Assembly: GCA_050251055.1 (NCBI GenBank)
Contig: JBFWNL010000002.1
Coordinates: 64,001-128,000 of the forward strand
Origin: Bacteriovoracia bacterium
Lineage (GTDB): Bacteria; Bdellovibrionota; UBA1018; JBFWNL01
Direction: 5' to 3'
DNA length: 64,000 bases
Shown here: positions 29,214 through 39,223 of the stretch, one piece after another
Layout: the number at the start of each line of letters is the position of its first letter
How positions within the stretch are numbered: the first letter of the stretch is position 1
Program-made: the position numbers and the translations under genes
Notes under the pieces: generated by a model
What the model saw: only the letters and a program-made list of their open reading frames with translations
Told to the model about the DNA's origin: nothing
Database searches by the model: none

Positions 29214-32200
29214 ATGCAAGCCGCCAAATTCGAAATCCTCAAAGAATGTTTCCATCGCCTGCCCGTTCGGTTCTCCCAAGACGGCAACCAGGGGAAAATC
29301 CACCTCGAGGATCTAAAGGACCTTCAGTGGAAGGGCGGCGGACTACTTGACCAGGTTCCTGCGGGACCGCTCACCCAATCCAAGGCGCTACGCCTAGAAG
29401 GACAGGGCGCCTCCGCGACCATCCAGATCGATCTCTCCGTCAACGGCCCCGAGATCCTCACCGCATATCACGCGCTGGCCGACTGGGCGGAGATGGTGAT
29501 GAATGAAAATCCCCTAGCCCCCACGATCTGGGGCGAACCGCACGGCACCTCACCCACCGGTTTCAACGAAAAGAAAGAATCCCTCAGCCACGAGCTGCTT
29601 AAAAAAATCTACGCCGACAAGTTCAACGTCCCGGAAAAGAAAGCCTTCATCATCGATCTCGCGGAATCGCATGGCGCGTATATGGTCTCGGTTTCGCCCG
29701 AGCGGCACTCCATCGTCGACGGCGCCGCCCAGATCGCGAGCCTTACCCTTGGCTTCAACCACCCCGCGAAGCAAGCCATGGCCCTACGACCCGAGGTGAT
29801 CGACCCGGCCCTTGACCTGAAGCAGTGGGACGTCTACCAGGCCTTTACCTTTTTAATGAAGAAGGAGAGTGGCTTTCCTCATTGCTACCTCGTCAATTCG
29901 GGCGCTGAAGCCAACGAGACCGCGCTAAAGAGCTGCCAAATGCGCTATCCCAGCCGCCGCCGCGTGATCGCGTTTGAAGGCTCTTTCCACGGCCGCTCGG
30001 TGCTGACTCTGCACGCCACCTACAACCCCTCCAAGCGCGCGCCTTTCGAATTTTGCCAGGAATACATCGAATTCATGCCGTTCCCAGAGTGGAAAACGGT
30101 TTGGGAGCCCGTGAGCGAACCCGCAGAATGGATTTCACTGTGGGCTTCGGCCAAGTCGCCCGATCTGCCCACGCAGGTGCAAAAGCTCGTGAACGCGACC
30201 AACGATCCGTTACTGCGCGCCGAATGCGAGAGCTTGCTCAAGATTCGCGAATCGATCCTCCGGGATCCACCGCTCGCCGTCCTCATCGAGCCCATGCTCT
30301 GCGAAGGCGGCGACCGCTACGGCACGAAGCGCTATTTCCGCGGTCTACGCCTGCTCACGCGGGCGCTAGACACCGCGTTGGTGATCGACGAGGTGCAGAC
30401 GGGGCTGGGCCTGGGCGGTGAATTCTTGTGGTTCAAGAAATTTGACTTGGTCGACGCCCAAGGGCGGTCGGATCTTCCCGACGCGCTCGTGCTCGCCAAA
30501 AAGGCCCAGGTGGGCGTTTGCCTGACGCATTTTGAAATGGACGTACCCCTGGAAACCTCGGCCGCATCTATTTATCGCGGCTACCTGCAGGCCGTCTACG
30601 CTCGGGACTTTAATTCAGATCGCCTCGCCGCCTCGGTGAAAGAATATTTGATCGCATTGCAGAAAACCCTGGGCCGGGAGCTGATCGAAAACCCGCGCGG
30701 CTACGCGCTGGCATTTGCATTCGACGTCCCCTCGGCGGACATCATGAACAAGCTCGTGGAGGCGCGCTTCGGCAACGGAACCCTCTTTTACCCAGCCGGG
30801 GATCAAACCCTGCGCTTCCGCCTCATGAGCAGCACGACGGAGGAAGAGCTGGGGCAGATTTTCCTTTCGCTCTATAAATGTTTTCTTACGCTGGCGGACC
30901 ATGGGGTACTCCCCAAGCAACCCGCCGTAAGCGATTGGGTCCAGAACCTGCCCCCGGCCCAGCGCCGCGTCGTCGAGGAACTGGTTAAGCGTGCGCCCGG
31001 TGAGCAACGCCGCATTCCCTGGGGCGATCACTACTCTTTCCGCGACTTCGCCGGCTACATGAAGGTCACCTCCACCCAATGGCAGCGCCTTTTCGTCGTC
31101 ATGGCCAAACACCACCCCGGCCTCCTGCGTTCGCGCTGGAATCGCGAGTTTCCGCTCGACCGCCTGAACGCGATGTCGGCGCAAGATTTATGGAAGTTCT
31201 ACGAAGCGACGCCAGAGTTCACCCGATTTGATCTTTGGTGGCAGTCCGCGCGGCGTTTTGGCTTCAAACTCGAACGCTTGTCACGCGACCGGATCGGGGA
31301 GATCCGCCCCCAAATCGGGCGCCTGGAGAAACTCGTATACGAGCCCGTGCGCCAGGACGACCCCGAGATGTTTTACGAAGTCGCGAAAGACCCGAAGAAC
31401 ATTTTCCTCGCCTCTTTCATGCCGAATGGCGAAATTGCCGGCTTCTCGGCGGCGGCTCCGCTCTCCCACTTCCCCGAGATCCAGCTCGTGAAGCATGATC
31501 CGCTCATCCGGGATGCGAACGCGCTCTACTCGATCGATCTTTCATGCCGGCCCGAATTCCAAGGAACGGGCTTGGGCTTTCGCCTGAAGTGCGAACAGTA
31601 CATGGAAGCCTGGCGTAGCGGCGTGACTCACATCCGCAGCCGCAACCGCTTCCCGGAGGCCGCGAAGATGGCCGCGCTCAACCGGCGCATCTCGACCGTG
31701 ATCGTCGACGAAAACCCAAAGGACTACGAAGGTGACGGGTTATCGCTCTACCAAAGCGTGCACATTCCGACGGGGACGGCGAACATTCGGCTCCACGATC
31801 CGCGTTTTGCGGGGATGAAGAATAAGGTTTCCCTCGCCAACTTCGTGAGCGAAAACTACGTGCGCACGATGCTCCTGATGAAGGAGGTCCTGCCCGACGG
31901 GCTCAAACACATTTATCTCGCCAGCGGACGCTGCGAGGCCATCGATAAGTCCATCAAGCTCATGCGATATTTCCGCCCGAAGGCGAAGTACGCCTTGAGC
32001 TTCGAAGGCGATTACTTTGGCGCCACGACCGCCGCCGCTCGCTCGCTCGGTGGCAAGGGGGGCGACGCATTCTTTCCCTGGCCAAAGCTCAAGTGGGGTG
32101 ACCTCGCCACGATCGAAAAGCAACTGGATGGCTTTAAGTCCGAAGAAGTCTTCGGACTGATGGTCGAGCCGCTGCGCGAAAAAACGGGCGAACGCAAGTC

Positions 32201-32486
32201 CGAACGCGAGCTAGCCGCGCTCATCGCTGCCTGCCGTAAGCGGGATATCCCGATCTTTTTCCAAGAAACCGGGAGCCACTTCCGCAAGTATGACCCTTCC
32301 CGGCTGTTCTGCGCGGGCGCGGACCTGCAACCCGATGGCATCGTCTTTTACCCGGGCCACCAGCTGGGCGTGCTCGCGGTGAACGACAAGTATTTCCTGG
32401 AGAAAGGTCTGATGATGATCTCGACCTGGGACGGCGACGAGCATAGCTTCCAAATGCTACGCGAGAAGGTGTTGAAAAATGCATAA
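29214..32486 (+). CDS. Fusion: Lat/GABA-T-like class III aminotransferase + GNAT + degenerate class III aminotransferase domain
   Basis: NSGAEANETALK, FEGSFHGRS, IEPMLCEGGD, IDEVQTG, LAKKAQV; GNAT motif PEFQGTGLG; second domain ASGRCEAIDK, FEGDYFG, ISTWDG. Start ATG 29214, 7 nt after TATAGT. Confidence 0.8.
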   Translation: MQAAKFEILKECFHRLPVRFSQDGNQGKIHLEDLKDLQWKGGGLLDQVPAGPLTQSKALRLEGQGASATIQIDLSVNGPEILTAYHALADWAEMVMNENPLAPTIWGEPHGTSPTGFNEKKESLSHELLKKIYADKFNVPEKKAFIIDLAESHGAYMVSVSPERHSIVDGAAQIASLTLGFNHPAKQAMALRPEVIDPALDLKQWDVYQAFTFLMKKESGFPHCYLVNSGAEANETALKSCQMRYPSRRRVIAFEGSFHGRSVLTLHATYNPSKRAPFEFCQEYIEFMPFPEWKTVWEPVSEPAEWISLWASAKSPDLPTQVQKLVNATNDPLLRAECESLLKIRESILRDPPLAVLIEPMLCEGGDRYGTKRYFRGLRLLTRALDTALVIDEVQTGLGLGGEFLWFKKFDLVDAQGRSDLPDALVLAKKAQVGVCLTHFEMDVPLETSAASIYRGYLQAVYARDFNSDRLAASVKEYLIALQKTLGRELIENPRGYALAFAFDVPSADIMNKLVEARFGNGTLFYPAGDQTLRFRLMSSTTEEELGQIFLSLYKCFLTLADHGVLPKQPAVSDWVQNLPPAQRRVVEELVKRAPGEQRRIPWGDHYSFRDFAGYMKVTSTQWQRLFVVMAKHHPGLLRSRWNREFPLDRLNAMSAQDLWKFYEATPEFTRFDLWWQSARRFGFKLERLSRDRIGEIRPQIGRLEKLVYEPVRQDDPEMFYEVAKDPKNIFLASFMPNGEIAGFSAAAPLSHFPEIQLVKHDPLIRDANALYSIDLSCRPEFQGTGLGFRLKCEQYMEAWRSGVTHIRSRNRFPEAAKMAALNRRISTVIVDENPKDYEGDGLSLYQSVHIPTGTANIRLHDPRFAGMKNKVSLANFVSENYVRTMLLMKEVLPDGLKHIYLASGRCEAIDKSIKLMRYFRPKAKYALSFEGDYFGATTAAARSLGGKGGDAFFPWPKLKWGDLATIEKQLDGFKSEEVFGLMVEPLREKTGERKSERELAALIAACRKRDIPIFFQETGSHFRKYDPSRLFCAGADLQPDGIVFYPGHQLGVLAVNDKYFLEKGLMMISTWDGDEHSFQMLREKVLKNA

Positions 32487-33516
32487 ACTCGCATTATCGG
32501 GCGGTCCCCGCGAAAGAGGGCAACAACACGGCGAAACCTATCGCGAAAGCATTCGCGAGCTCGCCGATATCCGCCGGGGGCTCGCGGAAGGCTATTTCAA
32601 AACCCAACCGCCCGCCAAGCTGCGGGAGCTGATTGACGGCCAATACCAGACGTTGCAGCGCTACCCGGATCTCTGCGCCGAGTTCGATGCGATTGGCGCC
32701 GCGGCCAATGTTTCGCGCGAAGACCTCATCATTTTGAACAACTATACCGACATGCGCGATTTCGCGACGGCGGGAGGTTGCAGCACCATCAGCGTGCGCT
32801 CGCGGCAAGGCGCGTTCTGCGGGCAAACCTGGGACATGCATACGAGCGCGCACCGCTTCATGGTGCATCTCTCGATTCCGGGACCGGAAGCGCGTGAACG
32901 CGCGGAAGTGCTCACGGTCATGGGGTGTCTCGCGCTCGCCGGCGTGAACCACGCGGGCGTTTCGGTCATGATCAACAATATGCATTGCACCGAGAATAGC
33001 TTGGGCCTCATCTGGCCAGCCCTGGTGCGCGGCATGATCTTACAACCGACGGCGGCGGGGGCTTTTGATTACATTTCGCGCCACCTGCCCTGCTCTGGAC
33101 ACAATTATATGATCAGCGATCCGAACGAGATCATCAACGTCGAGGCCTCGGGTAAGCGCGTGGAAGCGACTTACCAATCACGCGCTAACGGCGTCGTTTT
33201 TCACACCAACCACTACGTGGGGAAGCTGAAAGAGACCGAAAATCTGCGTATGCAGAGCAAAACCACCCACGAGCGCTTTGCCAGCCTCGATCGCTATTTC
33301 AAATCCTTGGATGCATCCAACTACGGGTACGAGCAGCTCGTGCGCGAGGTGTTTTTGGAAGAGCGAGTGCCCAATGTTTGCATTCCGATCCCTAAACCAG
33401 GTGCCGACGACACCTACACCTGCGGCGGAATCCTGATCGATACCTCGAATCGCCGCGGCGAGATGTTCCATGGCCTCTACAAAGACGGCGACAAGCATGA
33501 GTTTCGCTGGGGTTAG
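32479..33516 (+). CDS. C45-family autoproteolytic acyltransferase/hydrolase (isopenicillin-N acyltransferase-like Ntn enzyme)
   Basis: SGGPRERGQQHGE, GG-CST cleavage site (Cys101), GQTWD, GVNHAGV, HTNHY; overlaps upstream gene by 8 nt. Confidence 0.85.
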   Translation: MHKLALSGGPRERGQQHGETYRESIRELADIRRGLAEGYFKTQPPAKLRELIDGQYQTLQRYPDLCAEFDAIGAAANVSREDLIILNNYTDMRDFATAGGCSTISVRSRQGAFCGQTWDMHTSAHRFMVHLSIPGPEARERAEVLTVMGCLALAGVNHAGVSVMINNMHCTENSLGLIWPALVRGMILQPTAAGAFDYISRHLPCSGHNYMISDPNEIINVEASGKRVEATYQSRANGVVFHTNHYVGKLKETENLRMQSKTTHERFASLDRYFKSLDASNYGYEQLVREVFLEERVPNVCIPIPKPGADDTYTCGGILIDTSNRRGEMFHGLYKDGDKHEFRWG

Positions 33517-36500
33517 CTCGTCAAGGTCAGGAAGCCGTCTTCATCGACGTAGCCTTTAGCGCCCGTATTGAACCAGCCCGTGCCGATGGCCGCGGACGTC
33601 CCACGAGGATCATTTAGGTACTCCTTCATCACGTTCGGCCCTTTTACCCACAAAAACCCTTCCTCGTTCGGCGGAAGCGCCCGTCCGTCCGTTCCACCCA
33701 CGATTTTTACGCAGACGCCAGGAAGCGGATGACCGAGGGTACCGGGACGACTACCGGCCTGGTGAGTTCGCTCGCTTTTATAATCCGGAATATTCAAGGA
33801 TATGATCGGCGAGCATTCGGCACAGCCAAAACCCTCGAGCGGGCTCTTACCGAAACGCGCTTGGAACCTAGTGAGGAAATCGGGCGAAAGCCGGCCGCCG
33901 CCGACTACCCATTTCCCGACCGTTCCGAATGCTTCAGGATCGAGCGCAAGCCCGTACTTCTCGAAAGAAGGCCCCATCCAAGCCATAATGGTGGGCCGGA
34001 AACGGCGGGCCAAATCCGCCAGGATCGCGGTATTCTCGGAATTCGGGTGAAAAATCGAAGCGCACCCATAGATCGCCGGCAATAAAATCCCGCCCGTGAA
34101 AGACATCGAATAGGAAGACGGGATCGTACTGAACACCCGGTCCTCCCCGTCGATCTGAAAGACCTGACGCAGGCCACTCAGGTTAGACAAGAGATTGAGA
34201 TGACTGAGTACGATTCCCTTTGGCCGGCGCGCCCCATCGAACTTAAAAAGAATTGCCGCCGGCGCGCGAAGATCCGGCGACACGCGGTCTCTTACTTGCC
34301 GAAGCATCGCCGAAAACGAGTACGCCGGCGCCAGCTTGGGCGTGACCTCGTCGATCAGCACCCGCTTCTCGCCGGGGATCTTAGCCAAGCCCGGGTATTT
34401 TTGCAGCATCGCGCTCGAGGTGAGCCAAGTCCGAATTTCCGCGGCCTTCGCCTCCGCCTCCACGAACTCTCCGCTCTCGAAGTAATCGAAATTCACCGGT
34501 ACCCGACCGGCGAGCATCACGGATAGATTCGCCACGACGTTATCCACGCCAGGCTCGAGCGCGATTCCGATCGGCGGTCCCGCGTGCACGTCGTGTTCGG
34601 GTAGGAAATAACGACTGAGCCAGAAGGCCCGATTCGCCGCCTGCCGAAAAGTCAATTCCTGCTGGCTATCCGCCACAAAGAGTCGCGCGGAATTCCTGCG
34701 AGCAGTCTCTAAAAATTGAAGAGGAATCGGCGCCTGGCTAGCGACCTGCTCGACAAAGCTCTCTGCGAGCAGCTCCTGCATCGCGTGCCGCACTTCGTGG
34801 GCCTTGGCGGTTGGGACCAGGGGCTTTCCGTAGATCACGTCCACTGGGTAAGGGATACGTTTTGGCCACTTGAAAAGAAGCTTACCGCCCTCAAAGCTGA
34901 AGATGCTGCCCCACAATCCAGAAAGCACCACCGGCACGATCGGTTTGTTCGCCTCGGTCGCGATGGCTTCCAAGCCGCGGCGAAAGCGAAGCAGATTACC
35001 GGTGCGGGTAATCGCCCCTTCCGCGAAGATGCAGACCAGATCTCCATCCAAAATCTTGTCCCGCGCCATCGCTAAGGACTCCTGCTTCTTTTCTCGCGGA
35101 TCCTTCGACGACACAGGAATCACGCCCATCTTTCTAAAAAACCAGTGGAGGCCGGGAGTTTCATAGAAAGGGCGATACATCATGAAGCGGACTGGTCGAT
35201 CACAGGAAGCCCCAATGAGCAGGGCGTCCACCCACGACACGTGATTAGCTACGAGCAGAGCTCCCGAGGCAGGAATGTTCTCCGCGCCCCGGACGCGGAC
35301 GCGGTATATAGTATTGCTCAGGATCCAAAGCACTAACCGTACGAACGCTTCCGGCAGCAGGCTCAAGATGTAGATCGTAGCCGCGAAGGTCAGCAGCGAA
35401 ACCGTGATCACGACCTGCTGGATCTGTAGATGCAGAAAGTCGGTGAGAAACCACGACAAGCCGGCGGCGATGAGTACGCCGACGAAACTCAACACATTGG
35501 AGAAGGCGATAAATCGCCCCTTCATTCCGGCCGGGCTGCGCTGCTGCAAAAGGGCCTGTAAGGGCACGATGAAGAATCCCGCGCCAATGCCCAAAACTCC
35601 CAAATCCAAGATCGTCCGCAGGGGCAGGCCCAAGAAAAGCCTGATGCCGCCGTTTCCAAAGAGCGCCAAATCCATCGAAACCAGGGAAAGGACGATGCTG
35701 CCCAAGGGGACGAGCCCGAGCTCGACCCTTCCCCGCGAAAGCTTACCCGCCAATATGGATCCGCCGGCGATGCCGACCGAGAGTACCGCGAGCAAAAGTC
35801 CGGCACTTTCCTCCGCCAGGCCCAAGACGTTCTTGCCAAAGATCGGAATGACATTGAGGAAGATCGCCCCCAGAAAATAGAAATAACCGATGCCAAGCAA
35901 CGTCTGTAGCAAGACGTTCGTTTTGCGCACCTCCTGCAAGTCATCCCAAGCCGAACTCAAGATGTTCCATACAAAGCGGGCCTGGGGATTGAACTGCTCG
36001 GATCGCGGAACGAAAAGTACCGCGACCGTACCGAGGGCGGCCACCGCCGTGAGCGTCCATCCGATGTACTGGGGCTCGGTCTTGAACTTGGAATACACTA
36101 GCACTCCCCCGATGGAGCCAACAAGAATCGCTACGTTCGTAGTCATCTGAAGGATGCCGTTGGCTAGCGATAAATCCCTTTCGGCGAAAACCTCGGGAAA
36201 CAGCCCGTACTTGGCGGGGCTGAAGAAGGCGCTGTGCACGCAAAGAAAAAAGAAAACCGCAATCAAAAGCGGAAGGCTTCCCGCGCCCAGCACCCAGGTG
36301 GCCAGCAGCATCGCCAGCACTTCGGGGAGCTTTGTCCAAAACAAGACGTGAAGCTTGCGGTAACGATCGGCGACGTAACCCGCGAGCGGCGAAAAAAGCA
36401 AAAAAGCCGCCGGCATCACGGCGGTGGCGAGGCTCGAAAAACGCACTTGTTCGGCAGGCTCGGCGACCGTGGCGAGCACGAGGAGCACGATCGTCGTCTT

Positions 36501-36587
36501 AAAGGCATTGTCGTTGGCCGCGCCTAGAAACTGCGCGAGCAGGAAGGCGTAAAACCGAGGCGACTTCAGCGTGATCTTGGCCGACAT
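33513..36587 (-). CDS. aas: Aas-like fusion: LplT-type MFS + PlsC acyltransferase + degenerate AMP-binding domain
   Basis: QFLGAANDNAFK, FSPAKYG (MFS); ANHVSWVD, IFAEGAITRTG (acyltransferase); EGFGCAECSP, KGPNVMKEY (ligase remnant). Confidence 0.8.
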   Translation of the reverse strand: MSAKITLKSPRFYAFLLAQFLGAANDNAFKTTIVLLVLATVAEPAEQVRFSSLATAVMPAAFLLFSPLAGYVADRYRKLHVLFWTKLPEVLAMLLATWVLGAGSLPLLIAVFFFLCVHSAFFSPAKYGLFPEVFAERDLSLANGILQMTTNVAILVGSIGGVLVYSKFKTEPQYIGWTLTAVAALGTVAVLFVPRSEQFNPQARFVWNILSSAWDDLQEVRKTNVLLQTLLGIGYFYFLGAIFLNVIPIFGKNVLGLAEESAGLLLAVLSVGIAGGSILAGKLSRGRVELGLVPLGSIVLSLVSMDLALFGNGGIRLFLGLPLRTILDLGVLGIGAGFFIVPLQALLQQRSPAGMKGRFIAFSNVLSFVGVLIAAGLSWFLTDFLHLQIQQVVITVSLLTFAATIYILSLLPEAFVRLVLWILSNTIYRVRVRGAENIPASGALLVANHVSWVDALLIGASCDRPVRFMMYRPFYETPGLHWFFRKMGVIPVSSKDPREKKQESLAMARDKILDGDLVCIFAEGAITRTGNLLRFRRGLEAIATEANKPIVPVVLSGLWGSIFSFEGGKLLFKWPKRIPYPVDVIYGKPLVPTAKAHEVRHAMQELLAESFVEQVASQAPIPLQFLETARRNSARLFVADSQQELTFRQAANRAFWLSRYFLPEHDVHAGPPIGIALEPGVDNVVANLSVMLAGRVPVNFDYFESGEFVEAEAKAAEIRTWLTSSAMLQKYPGLAKIPGEKRVLIDEVTPKLAPAYSFSAMLRQVRDRVSPDLRAPAAILFKFDGARRPKGIVLSHLNLLSNLSGLRQVFQIDGEDRVFSTIPSSYSMSFTGGILLPAIYGCASIFHPNSENTAILADLARRFRPTIMAWMGPSFEKYGLALDPEAFGTVGKWVVGGGRLSPDFLTRFQARFGKSPLEGFGCAECSPIISLNIPDYKSERTHQAGSRPGTLGHPLPGVCVKIVGGTDGRALPPNEEGFLWVKGPNVMKEYLNDPRGTSAAIGTGWFNTGAKGYVDEDGFLTLTS

Positions 36588-36602
36588 GGGTTCCCCTCCG
36601 GG

Positions 36603-37979
36603 CTACTTCTTAAAGAAAGACGCGATGACTTTCGCCAGCGTATCCACGAGCTCGTCAATCTCGGCGGCGGAGCTGTTAAGCGGCGGTCCCAACATGACCA
36701 GGTCCCCATTTACCCCGTCCGCCTGCCCGATGTTGGGCCAAACGATTAGTCCACGATCAAACGCGTGAGCGACGAAATTCTCGGCCACCTTCTTCGCCCG
36801 CTCGAACGGACGCTTGGTCGCCTTGTCCTCTACGAACTCCACGCCGGCAAAAGGCCCTCGGCCGGTGACGAAGCCGACGTTCGGATGACTGGCGACCTGA
36901 GTGGCCAAAAGCTCATGCAGGCGCGCTCCGATCTGCCGACCATTGGCGAGCACTTGATGACGATCGTAGTAGGCGAGCGTAGCGACGCCGGCGGCCGCGA
37001 TCGACGGCGACTGTAAAAAAGTCTGGGCGTGCATGAAATAGCCCGATCCACGTTTCATTTCGTCCAAGTGAGAAGACTTCACCATCACGGCGCTGAGCGG
37101 AATGTACCCCCCACTGACCCCTTTTCCCAACAACAGGATGTCGGGTTGGAAGCCGAAGTGCTCGCTCGCGAAAAAAGGGCCACTGCGGCCGGATCCGCAC
37201 ATGACCTCGTCGGCGATCATGAGCACGTCGTATTTGCGGCAGATCGTCATTACGCGATCGAAATAACCGGGCGGCGGCACGCTCGCCCCGGCGGACGATC
37301 CGATGATAGGCTCGACGAAGAACGCGGCCACGGTCTCCGGCCCCTCCTCCAAAATCGCTTGCTCCAGCAAATTCGCATAATGCTCACCACCGTCGCGCGC
37401 GTAGTCGGTGACCGCGGATCGATATTCATAAGTAGAGGGGATCAACCGCACAGCCGTAAGCAATGGACCGTAGTATTTTTGATAGTGGGGCCGGCCCGAA
37501 GCCGAGAGCGCGAACAAGGTATTGCCGTGGTAACCAGGCGTGCGTGCGATGACCTTGGCACGTCCGGGCTTTCCACGTTCAACCCAAAGTTGTCGTGCGA
37601 ACTTGACCGCGGCTTCCACCGCCTCGGAACCCGAACCTAAGAAAGCCGCGCGATTCAACGCGCCCGCGGAACCGCCGGTCAACGGCTTCGCATACTCGAC
37701 CAACCGCGCGGCCAGCTGCTCAGCCGGCTCATTTGTGAATTGAGTCCCGTTGACGTAGGCGACCTTGGTCATCTGCTGGGAAATCGCTTCGACGACCTCG
37801 CGACAGCCATGACCGAGGCTAGTCACCAGAGCGCCGCCGGAGGCATCGATGTACCGCTTGCCGGAGTGATCAAAGAGGAACATGCGTTCCCCATGAGAAA
37901 CCACGGGAAGACGCTTTTGCAGATTCCGGAGCAGGACGTTTCCCTCCGGGTATTGCACGCCTTTCTTAAGATCGACCAT
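36603..37979 (-). CDS. Class III PLP aminotransferase (YodT/BioA-like)
   Basis: YIDASGGA, GSGSEAVE, YHGNT, EPIIG, IADEVMCGSGRSG, LGKGVSGGY; start ATG 37979. Confidence 0.88.
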   Translation of the reverse strand: MVDLKKGVQYPEGNVLLRNLQKRLPVVSHGERMFLFDHSGKRYIDASGGALVTSLGHGCREVVEAISQQMTKVAYVNGTQFTNEPAEQLAARLVEYAKPLTGGSAGALNRAAFLGSGSEAVEAAVKFARQLWVERGKPGRAKVIARTPGYHGNTLFALSASGRPHYQKYYGPLLTAVRLIPSTYEYRSAVTDYARDGGEHYANLLEQAILEEGPETVAAFFVEPIIGSSAGASVPPPGYFDRVMTICRKYDVLMIADEVMCGSGRSGPFFASEHFGFQPDILLLGKGVSGGYIPLSAVMVKSSHLDEMKRGSGYFMHAQTFLQSPSIAAAGVATLAYYDRHQVLANGRQIGARLHELLATQVASHPNVGFVTGRGPFAGVEFVEDKATKRPFERAKKVAENFVAHAFDRGLIVWPNIGQADGVNGDLVMLGPPLNSSAAEIDELVDTLAKVIASFFKK

Positions 37980-38014
37980 ATGTTTCAAGCATACTCGATG
38001 GAGATGTGTTAGGA

Positions 38015-39223
38015 ATGTTTTTTGTGAAAACCAACGCCCTTTCCAGCCCCTTTTCTCGACCCATTTACTTGGGTGCCGCGACGCGCACCCCGATTGGAAA
38101 ATTTGGGGGCAGCTTGAGCCGCATTCCCGCGCCAAAGCTCGCCGCGCTCTGTTTGCAAGCGGCGTTATCACGCGCTCCCGATGTCCCGGCCGCCGACTTT
38201 GTCTTGCTCGGGCACGCCCGCCAAGCCGGCGCCGGCCCGAATCCTGCTCGCCAGGCGGCAGTTTTTGCCGGCCTTCCGGAATCCACTCCCGCCTTCACGA
38301 TCAATCAAGCCTGCGCCTCTGGGATGACGGCTATCATTTCGGCCGTGGAAAAAATCGCCATTGGCCGCGCTCATTCTATTTGGGCCGGCGGCGTGGAGAG
38401 CATGTCGAATACCCCTTACCTCCTGATGAACGCGCGCTTCGGCATGCGCCTGGGCCACGGCGAAGCGGTGGACGGCATGCACAAGGACGGGTTTCACTGC
38501 GCGCTCGCGGACATGGTCATGGGGAAGACGGTCGAAGAATTCATCGCGAAAGAACGCGGGATCTCCCGGCGGGCCCAAGACGAATATGCCTTGCTCTCGC
38601 AGCAACGCGCGGAAGCCGCCTGGCAATCAGGAGCGTTCCGCCCCGAAACCTTCGCGATCGCGCCCGATCCCAAAGATCGCGGGCAACCGGGCCTGGCCCA
38701 AGACGAACACCGGCGGCCCCAGACCTCGCTCGAGGAGCTGGCGAAACTTCCGGCGGTCTTCGATCCTAAGCAGGGCAGCGTGACCGCCGGGAATTCCAGC
38801 GGCATCACGGATGGCGCCGCTTTTCTGCACGTGAGCGATCGGAAAGACGTCCACGCGCAGGCCGAGATCCTCGACTACGAAACCGTGGCTCTGGATCCCA
38901 AGCGCATGGGACTAGGTCCCATCGGGGCCATCGGCAAAATCCTCGCGCGCCAGCGCGTGCAAATCGACGACCTGCACGCGATTGAAATTAACGAAGCTTT
39001 CGCCGCCCAGATCCTCGCGTGCCAAACCGAGCTAAAAATTCCCACCGAGAAGCTCAACCCACGCGGCGGCGCCATCGCCCTGGGTCACCCCATCGGTGCC
39101 AGCGGCGCGCGCGTCACCACGACTCTAATCCATCAACTCGCAGGCAACTCGGGATCCCTGGGGATCGCCTCGCTTTGCGTGAGTGGTGGCCAAGGGATCG
39201 CGCTGCTACTGCGCGGACTCTAA
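38015..39223 (+). CDS. Acetyl-CoA C-acyltransferase (thiolase)
   Basis: RTPIGKFGG, NQACASG, TAGNSSGITDGAA, NEAFA, GHPIGASG, LCVSGGQG; start could be 38015 or 38024. Confidence 0.95.
   Translation: MFFVKTNALSSPFSRPIYLGAATRTPIGKFGGSLSRIPAPKLAALCLQAALSRAPDVPAADFVLLGHARQAGAGPNPARQAAVFAGLPESTPAFTINQACASGMTAIISAVEKIAIGRAHSIWAGGVESMSNTPYLLMNARFGMRLGHGEAVDGMHKDGFHCALADMVMGKTVEEFIAKERGISRRAQDEYALLSQQRAEAAWQSGAFRPETFAIAPDPKDRGQPGLAQDEHRRPQTSLEELAKLPAVFDPKQGSVTAGNSSGITDGAAFLHVSDRKDVHAQAEILDYETVALDPKRMGLGPIGAIGKILARQRVQIDDLHAIEINEAFAAQILACQTELKIPTEKLNPRGGAIALGHPIGASGARVTTTLIHQLAGNSGSLGIASLCVSGGQGIALLLRGL

Noticed and set aside
29214-33516. Beta-lactam biosynthetic cluster (lat + IAT-like)
   Set aside because: No ACV synthetase NRPS or isopenicillin N synthase in the window; both families have many other roles.
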